A stretch of DNA of 64,000 bases from Saprospiraceae bacterium (GTDB lineage Bacteria > Bacteroidota > Bacteroidia > Chitinophagales > Saprospiraceae). The translations under genes and the position numbers were made by a program. The stretch lies in the NCBI GenBank assembly GCA_020628085.1, contig JAHDFQ010000005.1, positions 2,327 to 66,326 of the forward strand, read 5' to 3'. Positions within the stretch are counted from its first letter, which is position 1. Every line of letters begins with the position of its first letter. Positions 56,695 to 64,000 of the stretch are shown piece after piece. Under the pieces are notes generated by a model. The model was not told the DNA's origin. It made no database searches and saw nothing but the letters and a program-made list of their open reading frames with translations.

Positions 56695-56890
56695 ATCGAA
56701 ATGATTTTTTCTAAATTTTCTACAAATATATGAAATTGTGTATAGTTTATGAACAACATTTATACGGTTGCATTTTTTTAACGTTCCAATGCTTACTCTA
56801 CAAAGAAAAAACCTTCATTATCCCATTCTATTTCACTATTTTTGTCAATTGGTCATCAACCAAATAGCAGGTATAATAGTTCTAGTACAT

Positions 56891-59764
56891 ATGACTAAAA
56901 ATAAGACCACTTTGGCAATAGATACTTTAGAAAACAACATACTTCCATCATTAGATTATATTGATGTGATTGGCGCACGAGTACATAATCTCAAAAATGT
57001 CGATCTACAAATTCCACGAAATAAATTGGTGGTCATCACGGGCATTAGTGGTAGCGGAAAATCATCGCTCGCTTTTGATACCATTTATGCAGAAGGGCAA
57101 CGCCGATATATGGAAACCTTTTCTGCGTATGCACGGCAGTTTATTGGCGATATGGAACGCCCTGATGTAGATAAGATCACAGGTTTAAGTCCTGTTATTT
57201 CTATCGAACAAAAAACAACGGGTCGTAACCCTCGATCCACCGTTGGTACCATCACCGAAATCTACGATTTTCTCCGATTATTATATGCTCGTATCGGTAA
57301 TGCTTACTCCTACGTCACAGGTAAGCGCATGGTAAAATATACCGAAGAGCAGATTGTCGAACACATTTTTAGCCATTTCAATAATAAAAAAATCATTCTT
57401 TTAGCTCCTATTGTTCGAGGTCGTAAAGGGCATTATCGAGAACTGTTCGACCAAATTAGAAAACAAGGATATACCAAAGTGCGAGTAGACGGTGAAATCA
57501 TGGATATTGTTCCAAAAATGATGATTGATCGCTATAAAGTGCATGATATTGAGGTCGTTATTGATCGGATTAAAGTGGGAGATGAACGTCGAGATCGTTT
57601 GGCGTCTTCCTTACAAACGGCACTCAAAATGGGGAACGGTTTGTTTTTTTTAATGGAAAATGAAGGAAAGGCACTACAAGCTTACAGTAAATTATTGATG
57701 TGTCCAGAATCGGGTATTTCGTATGAAGAACCGTCTCCTAATGCCTTTTCATTCAACTCGCCCTATGGTTCTTGTCCTACTTGTAAAGGTTTAGGTAAGG
57801 TTAACAAAGTAGATTTGGAGAAAGTGATACCTGACGATTCTTTGAGTATTAACGAGCAAGGAATTGCTCCGTTTGGTGAAATCCGAGATAACTTTACATT
57901 TAAGCAACTCAAAGCCATTGCCAAGAAATATAAATTTGATTTTGATACTCCTGTTCGAGATATTCCAAGCAAAGCCCTGAATGTTATTTTAAATGGTAGT
58001 GATGAAAAATTTGCTGTTCAACTTAAATATCAAAGTAAGAATGATTATGTCTATGATCTAGGTGCAGAAGGAATTGTCAATATGCTATCCCGTTGGTATA
58101 AAGATTCTACCTCTGAGCGCATCCGTAAGTGGGCAGAAGAGTTTATGACGATTGATACTTGCGAAACTTGTAAAGGTCAGCGTCTTAAAAAAGAATCGCT
58201 ACATTTTAAATTGGGTGGAAAAAATATTTCTGAACTAGCAGAAATGGACATCGAAGTTTTGTCAGACTGGATGAACAGTATTGAAGAACATCTAACGGAA
58301 CGTCAGCTCGTCATTTCCAAAGATATTTTAAAAGAAATCCGCCTTAGAATCGGCTTTCTCATGCACGTTGGTTTAGATTATTTATCACTACATCGTCCTG
58401 CCAGAACGCTTTCAGGTGGAGAAGCACAACGGATTCGTTTAGCCACCCAAATCGGCTCTCAACTCACAGGTATTACCTATATTTTGGATGAGCCTAGTAT
58501 TGGTTTACACCAACGAGATAATCAACGTTTGATTGAAGCTTTACAGGAATTGGTCGAAATTGGAAACACGGTTTTGGTGGTCGAACATGATAAAGATATT
58601 ATGTTGGCCTCTGACTATTTGATTGATCTTGGCCCAGGTGCAGGAAAACATGGTGGTGAGTTGGTTGGGGCTGGTATTCCGTCTACTTTCATGGATAGAA
58701 ATACCTTAACTTCAGATTATCTAAAAGATGTTAAAAAAATAGAAGTTCCTAAAAAACGTCGAAAAGGAAACGGCAATGCTTTACAGCTAAAAGGCGCAAC
58801 AGGAAATAATTTAAAAAATGTTTCTATTAAAATTCCATTGGGTACGTTTACTTGTATCACAGGGGTCTCGGGTAGCGGAAAATCTACTTTGATAAATGAG
58901 ACGTTATATCCTATTTTACGACAACATTTTTATAGAAGTCGTCAAAAACCAATGCCTTACAAAGGTATTAGTGGTTTAGAACATTTGGATAAAGTCATTG
59001 AAATAGATCAGTCTGCTATTGGTCGTACACCTCGTTCTAATCCAGCCACATACACAGGTGTATTCACAGAAATTAGAAAAATTTTCACAGGACTTCCAGA
59101 ATCTAAAATCCGAGGTTATAAAATGGGTCGTTTCTCCTTTAATGTGAAAGGTGGGCGTTGTGAAACTTGCGGTGGTGCAGGAAAACGAGTGATTGAAATG
59201 AACTTCCTCCCAGATGTGCAAGTAGATTGTGAAACCTGTTTGGGACGTCGTTATAATCGAGAAACACTTGAAATTTTATTCAAAGGAAAATCTATCAATG
59301 ATGTTTTGAATATGACTGTCAACGAAGCGGCTGATTTTTTTGATAAGATTCCAAAAATATATCGTAAAATAAAAACGCTGAAAGATGTTGGTTTAGGCTA
59401 TATTACCTTAGGTCAACAAGCCACAACACTTTCTGGTGGAGAAGCGCAGCGTGTGAAATTAGCAGAAGAATTATCTAAACGAGATACTGGAAATACCTTC
59501 TATATTTTAGATGAACCTACTACTGGACTGCATTTCGACGATATTCGACAATTATTGGGTGTCTTGAATAAATTAGTAGATAAGGGAAATACCATCGTTG
59601 TCATTGAACATAATATGGATGTCATTAAAGTAGCTGACCATATTATTGATATGGGTTTAGAAGGTGGAAATCGTGGAGGAACGGTCGTTTGCCATGGTAC
59701 ACCAGAAAAAGTGGCGAAGCATAAAACGAGCCATACAGGGCGGTTTTTGAAGTTGGAGTTGTAG
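56891..59764 (+). CDS. uvrA: Excinuclease ABC subunit A
   Basis: [37 protein letters not shown], two ABC signatures LSGGEAQR, zinc modules CPTCKGLG / CETCKGQR / CETCGGAG...CETCLGRRY, and a second Walker [13 protein letters not shown] 56891 is preferred to the track's 41-codon upstream extension. Confidence 0.97.
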   Translation: MTKNKTTLAIDTLENNILPSLDYIDVIGARVHNLKNVDLQIPRNKLVVITGISGSGKSSLAFDTIYAEGQRRYMETFSAYARQFIGDMERPDVDKITGLSPVISIEQKTTGRNPRSTVGTITEIYDFLRLLYARIGNAYSYVTGKRMVKYTEEQIVEHIFSHFNNKKIILLAPIVRGRKGHYRELFDQIRKQGYTKVRVDGEIMDIVPKMMIDRYKVHDIEVVIDRIKVGDERRDRLASSLQTALKMGNGLFFLMENEGKALQAYSKLLMCPESGISYEEPSPNAFSFNSPYGSCPTCKGLGKVNKVDLEKVIPDDSLSINEQGIAPFGEIRDNFTFKQLKAIAKKYKFDFDTPVRDIPSKALNVILNGSDEKFAVQLKYQSKNDYVYDLGAEGIVNMLSRWYKDSTSERIRKWAEEFMTIDTCETCKGQRLKKESLHFKLGGKNISELAEMDIEVLSDWMNSIEEHLTERQLVISKDILKEIRLRIGFLMHVGLDYLSLHRPARTLSGGEAQRIRLATQIGSQLTGITYILDEPSIGLHQRDNQRLIEALQELVEIGNTVLVVEHDKDIMLASDYLIDLGPGAGKHGGELVGAGIPSTFMDRNTLTSDYLKDVKKIEVPKKRRKGNGNALQLKGATGNNLKNVSIKIPLGTFTCITGVSGSGKSTLINETLYPILRQHFYRSRQKPMPYKGISGLEHLDKVIEIDQSAIGRTPRSNPATYTGVFTEIRKIFTGLPESKIRGYKMGRFSFNVKGGRCETCGGAGKRVIEMNFLPDVQVDCETCLGRRYNRETLEILFKGKSINDVLNMTVNEAADFFDKIPKIYRKIKTLKDVGLGYITLGQQATTLSGGEAQRVKLAEELSKRDTGNTFYILDEPTTGLHFDDIRQLLGVLNKLVDKGNTIVVIEHNMDVIKVADHIIDMGLEGGNRGGTVVCHGTPEKVAKHKTSHTGRFLKLEL

Positions 59765-59852
59765 ATTTCAATTAATGATTAGTTGGCTGGTATTAATGCT
59801 AAATTTGAAACCTGACATTCTAATTATTAAATAATGAATAACTAAATATGAT

Positions 59853-60437
59853 ATGGATAAATTCCTGCAATATTTAAGCCGATATATCAACTTGACAGAT
59901 CATGAAAAAACAATCATTGAATCTAGATTAAAACATCGAAATTATCTCAAAGGACAATACATCGTACAAAGTGGTGATATTTGTAAATGCCATTCTTATG
60001 TGGTTTCTGGTAAAGTCAGAACATTTTATTTAGATGATAACGGAACGGAACACATTGTGATGTTTGGAATTGAAAATTGGTGGGCTGGCGATTTGGGCAG
60101 CATGATTACACAAAAACCTGCTGATTTTAATGTTCAATGTTTAGAACATACCAAAGTTATCCAAATATACTATGAGAAGCTGGAACAGTTATATGAAGAA
60201 GTACCAAAAATGGAGCGATTTTTTCGTTTAATTATTCAAAATGCTTACGTCAATACCCAAAAAAGATTGGTACGAAACTACTCCATGACTGCTAAAGAAC
60301 GGTATCTGTTATTCTGTGATGAATATCCTGAGATCACGCAACGTGTTCCACAATATATGATCGCTTCCTACCTTGGTATTACTAAAGAATTTCTCAGTCA
60401 TATCCGAAATCAAATTGCGAAAGAAGCGAAAAGTTAA
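59853..60437 (+). CDS. Crp-family cNMP-binding-domain regulator (short, about 190 aa)
   Basis: Beta-roll YIVQSGDICKCHSYVVSGKVRTFY and HTH ITQRVPQYMIASYLGITKEFLSHIRN. Paralog of the 8453-9028 gene. Confidence 0.8.
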   Translation: MDKFLQYLSRYINLTDHEKTIIESRLKHRNYLKGQYIVQSGDICKCHSYVVSGKVRTFYLDDNGTEHIVMFGIENWWAGDLGSMITQKPADFNVQCLEHTKVIQIYYEKLEQLYEEVPKMERFFRLIIQNAYVNTQKRLVRNYSMTAKERYLLFCDEYPEITQRVPQYMIASYLGITKEFLSHIRNQIAKEAKS

Positions 60438-60532
60438 ACTACCTTAATATCCTTTCTTAATCTACCTTATTTTTAAATTCCACCAATGTCCGCAATTTTG
60501 TACTATTCAATAACCTATAAAAAATATAGTAC

Positions 60533-61132
60533 ATGTTCACTTCAACTAAAAAAGTACCATTCAAAACATTTTCTTTTTTTGCAGTAATTGCAGCAGCTTT
60601 CTTGTTTCAAAGCTTTACAACACCTAATCCTCCACCTCAAAAAATGGAGATTAAAAATAGTGCGATTGTTTGGAAAGCCTACAAAGTAGCTGGTTCTCAC
60701 GTTGGTACATTAGGTCTACAATCGGGTAATTTAGTCTTTGACGGAGATCAATTATCTGGTGGAAACTTCGTTATTGATATGACGACTATCGCTTGTACTG
60801 ACTTAGAAGGGGAATATAAAAACAAATTGGAAGGACATTTAAAATCAGGTGATTTCTTCGCTGTGGATCAACATCAAACCGCAGCTTTAGATATTACTAA
60901 AGTAAAAAGTTCAGGTAAAAACTCTTATAAAATAACTGGAGATTTAACCATTAAAGGTATCACTAAACCAATTACATTTGATGCTTCTATTTATGGTAAA
61001 AAAGCAACTGCTTCTCTCAAAGTAGACCGTACTAATTTTGACATTAAATATGGCTCGGGTTCTTTCTTTGAAGATTTACAAGATAATATGATTTATGACG
61101 AATTTGATTTAGTAATTGATCTAGAATTTTAA
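60533..61132 (+). CDS. YceI family (polyisoprenoid-binding) periplasmic protein
   Basis: Signal peptide, then SAIVWKAYKVAGSHVGT..., LEGHLKSGDFF, GDLTIKGITKPITFDA and FDIKYG. Confidence 0.8.
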   Translation: MFTSTKKVPFKTFSFFAVIAAAFLFQSFTTPNPPPQKMEIKNSAIVWKAYKVAGSHVGTLGLQSGNLVFDGDQLSGGNFVIDMTTIACTDLEGEYKNKLEGHLKSGDFFAVDQHQTAALDITKVKSSGKNSYKITGDLTIKGITKPITFDASIYGKKATASLKVDRTNFDIKYGSGSFFEDLQDNMIYDEFDLVIDLEF

Positions 61133-61165
61133 TGACACATCATTAATCTTTAATCAAATACACCT

Positions 61166-61210
61166 AAAAATGGTTAGTCCACATTACGTTGGACTAACCA
61201 TTTTTTTTTA
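61166..61210 (+). terminator. Rho-independent terminator
   Basis: AATGGTTAGTCCA / TGGACTAACCATT stem followed by T9. Confidence 0.85.
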
Positions 61211-61375
61211 AAAAAATAGTCTGTTTTTTAATCAAATACAAACTTTACCTGTCACAAAAAGATAAACATGTGTATATTTTACATATTTTTGTATGAAGAG
61301 AATTATATAAAAGTTCTTTTTAGTTATGAATACCAGATGATGACACTATATTACTAACTACTTTAACACACAAAA

Positions 61376-63937
61376 ATGAATCAACCTAAATCATCGTTTA
61401 TCAACCGACTTCTCTACTCATGCTTTATTCTAAGTGTATTCTTTATTTCCACACCTTCAAAATTAAATGCTCAAGCATGTGACTGTCCTTATCCTGTTAT
61501 ATTTCTTCATGGATTTACAGGCGATTATACGTCTTTTCAAGACTTTTTCACCGATCCAGATTTTGTAAATATTTGGGGATCGCTGTCTGATATTCCCGAT
61601 GCTGTTTTGAATGCTAACAATCAAACACATGCTTTTGGAAACGATACAACTAGAGGAAATTTAGATGATGATATGATTGCACACGTTCAATTTGCTAATC
61701 GTAGTGCGCTTGCACCAGGATGCTTATATGCCTTAGATTGGGACTGGTTTTGGAATCAAGATACAAATAATCCTTTGATCGGACCAACGTCAACCTATCC
61801 TACTCCAAGTGGAGAGTCAGATAGTAATCAATCTGCGATAGAAAAACAAGGTTTCGCTGTTTCGGAAACCATCAAAGCAGTTTTAGCTGCCAATCCTACC
61901 AAAAAGAAAGTTATTTTGATGGGGCATTCTATGGGTGGTCTTGCTTCTCGTGAATATTTACAACGTTTTGAAAATGGACAATACACTTGGTGGGTTGATC
62001 CAACTGATCCTATTGATGGTCACAAAGTTGCCAAATTAATTTCTGTGGGAACGCCACATAGAGGAAGTAATTTGACTGGTCTGGGACTTGGTGGTTTGTT
62101 TGGTTTAGATGAAACATCAGAAGCTGTAAGAGATTTAAGATACAATTATGCTTGTGGTTTTTTAAATTTGTCTCGATGTCGAGCACCTTACTTATTCGGA
62201 GATAGAGAAGACCCACATGTGAACGACAATTATTTTAAAAATGGTGATGTTGATTGTGATGGAGACTATGACACACAAACTATTGTTAGTTTGAACTTAG
62301 CAGGAACGTCTGATCCGTGGGATGGTACGATAGATAACCCGCTGATGCCCTTGCCTATGAATGTCCGTTATTCCTACTATGTTTCCAATCAAAATGCTGG
62401 TGGATTGACTACATGTGCTTATCAAAACTATGGTTGTTCTGGCGATGGTGTTGTAGACGATCAGCGTCAATGGTTATATAGTGGTGGACAAGGACGTACA
62501 CAAGACTTTTATGATGGAACTAGCATTCCTGTACCAAACGATGGTGTTCCGCATCGGTTAACAGATCGAGTGACTAGTGAAAATGGCCCATTCCATACCG
62601 ATCAACCTGGTGATATTGAATTTGGAATTCGATGTATGGACGAAGGTGATTATCCTGCTTTTGCACATGATATTAATATGGGAATAGATTATGCTGGAAT
62701 TTCTCAAAGACGAGCAGATATCGTTCCTGCTGATAGTGAGTATAGTGGTGGGGATAATAGCATTGATGGAGACTGGTTTGTTTTTGAAACTTCCATGAGC
62801 CGTCCAGGATTTGATATTTCTATCACACCAAACATCAATAAAGCAGGGCGTATAGATTTTTATGATACTGCTCCAAGTCCGTATAGTAATGCCAATTCGC
62901 CTACTTCTTCATTTACTTGGTCAGCAGGTCAAACACCTTTTATATTGAGTTCTACCAATACCTGTTTCATACCAAATACTTATTATTTTAGAATTACACA
63001 TGAAGGTTTGGGTACAAATGCATGGAAAGATTCCTATAAATTTAGAGTTGATCCTAAACCTTGCAATCCACCTACTGCCCTCACCGCTTCTGTTACAGAT
63101 TTAATTGCCAACTTATCATGGACGGCTGTACCTTGTGCCACACAATATACCCTCGAATGGCGTGAAACAGGTACAACTACTTGGAACACTACAACAATAT
63201 CGGGAACTACGCATACTATTGATTTATTGTTGACAAACACTTCTTACGAATACCAAGTGAGCACTGATTGTGGAACGGTTGGTTCATCTAATTTCTCGAC
63301 TACAACTCCTTTTTCAACTTTACCTTGTCAGAATACTTTATACATTCCCTCTGTCGCATCTACTGGTGAGGTTACGAGTGGTACTTATGATGTCAACGTT
63401 CTGATTACTTCAGATGGATTTATTAGTTCTACGGCTACGACCGAATACTTTGCAGGAAATTGTGTGGAATTGTTACCTGATTTTGAAGTGGCTCTTGGTG
63501 CTGATTTCTTGGCAGATATACGAACTTGTGTACCTTTTGCTCCAAGCGATCATCCTGAAGCACTTGCTAGTGATATTCTTAATGTTCGCCCAGTAAAATC
63601 CACTTTGGATAGGAAACATCAGGTTTCTTGGCAGCAACATTTGAAAAATAATCCTAGACCGTTTTTCAGAAGAATTCCTATGGCAGATGGATTGGTGAAG
63701 TTGGAATATTATCTTTTGAAAGATAGTAAAGTTCAAATTTTACTACTGGACGACAAACAAGTGATACATCGAAATATATTCGTTAACGATAAAGAAAAAA
63801 GTGGTTTACATCAAGTAATTATTGATACCAAAACTTTAGCACCTAATATTTATCCACTTATTTTTGAAGTCGATGGACAGGAAATTTTGACAAAAATTGT
63901 TGTACGACCTAGAACAGAATCTAGAAGACGAAATTAA
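61376..63937 (+). CDS. Secreted alpha/beta-hydrolase (lipase/PGAP1-like) with an FN3 domain and a T9SS-type C-terminal domain
   Basis: Signal peptide. VIFLHGFTGD and nucleophile elbow LMGHSMGGLASREYL. FN3-like PPTALTASVTDLIANLSWTAVPCATQYTLEWRETGTTTW...YEYQVSTDC. C-terminal beta-sandwich KVQILLLDD...GLHQVIIDTKTLAPNIYPLIFEV. Confidence 0.75.
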   Translation: MNQPKSSFINRLLYSCFILSVFFISTPSKLNAQACDCPYPVIFLHGFTGDYTSFQDFFTDPDFVNIWGSLSDIPDAVLNANNQTHAFGNDTTRGNLDDDMIAHVQFANRSALAPGCLYALDWDWFWNQDTNNPLIGPTSTYPTPSGESDSNQSAIEKQGFAVSETIKAVLAANPTKKKVILMGHSMGGLASREYLQRFENGQYTWWVDPTDPIDGHKVAKLISVGTPHRGSNLTGLGLGGLFGLDETSEAVRDLRYNYACGFLNLSRCRAPYLFGDREDPHVNDNYFKNGDVDCDGDYDTQTIVSLNLAGTSDPWDGTIDNPLMPLPMNVRYSYYVSNQNAGGLTTCAYQNYGCSGDGVVDDQRQWLYSGGQGRTQDFYDGTSIPVPNDGVPHRLTDRVTSENGPFHTDQPGDIEFGIRCMDEGDYPAFAHDINMGIDYAGISQRRADIVPADSEYSGGDNSIDGDWFVFETSMSRPGFDISITPNINKAGRIDFYDTAPSPYSNANSPTSSFTWSAGQTPFILSSTNTCFIPNTYYFRITHEGLGTNAWKDSYKFRVDPKPCNPPTALTASVTDLIANLSWTAVPCATQYTLEWRETGTTTWNTTTISGTTHTIDLLLTNTSYEYQVSTDCGTVGSSNFSTTTPFSTLPCQNTLYIPSVASTGEVTSGTYDVNVLITSDGFISSTATTEYFAGNCVELLPDFEVALGADFLADIRTCVPFAPSDHPEALASDILNVRPVKSTLDRKHQVSWQQHLKNNPRPFFRRIPMADGLVKLEYYLLKDSKVQILLLDDKQVIHRNIFVNDKEKSGLHQVIIDTKTLAPNIYPLIFEVDGQEILTKIVVRPRTESRRRN

Positions 63938-63957
63938 TTTTTGATTTAATTTTAAAA

Positions 63958-63997
63958 AGAAAAGAGCTAAATGTTAACACCATTTAGCTCTTTTTTT
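63958..63997 (+). terminator. Rho-independent terminator
   Basis: AAAGAGCTAAATG / CATTTAGCTCTTT stem followed by TTTT. Confidence 0.8.
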
Positions 63998-64000
63998 ACC

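Overview
This window is 64 kb of an AT-rich (by eye about 35-40% GC) Bacteroidota chromosome. The phylum call rests on a SusC/SusD pair, five type IX secretion (T9SS) C-terminal sorting domains, TTTG-N19-TAnnTTTG promoter matches and the absence of Shine-Dalgarno sites. About 50 protein genes are supported. Housekeeping genes: pyrD, uvrB, the rpsF-rpsR-rplI operon, recR, purH, coaX, uvrA, two cyclophilins, a polyphosphate glucokinase-like ROK kinase, an acyl-CoA ligase and PaaZ. These are interspersed with envelope and secreted proteins: T9SS cargo, an Omp85-like and a FadL/PorV-like barrel, TPR proteins and GT2 glycosyltransferases. Three cNMP-domain Crp-family regulators are also present. 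I recognised no rRNA, tRNA, CRISPR array, transposase, integrase or phage genes, so this reads as core chromosome rather than a mobile island. Most worth a second look: (1) a 1364-aa protein with a complementary pair of class III cyclase domains, a STAND-type P-loop NTPase and a long TPR array, laid out like antiviral STAND proteins; (2) two large polytopic membrane proteins followed by a polyprenyl-phosphate-type GT2, possibly a split GT-C glycosylation module; (3) a coaX-linked outer-membrane cluster with two paralogous Cys-containing TPR-like proteins; (4) paralogous about 190-aa cNMP-domain regulators directly downstream of both uvrB and uvrA; (5) non-coding oddities, namely GC-rich nested palindromes before coaX, a hairpin-rich 485-bp spacer, a (GAAAA)7 microsatellite beside a decayed T9SS gene, and a 97-bp perfect intragenic repeat. 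All functional calls come from motif recognition by eye. No searches were run.
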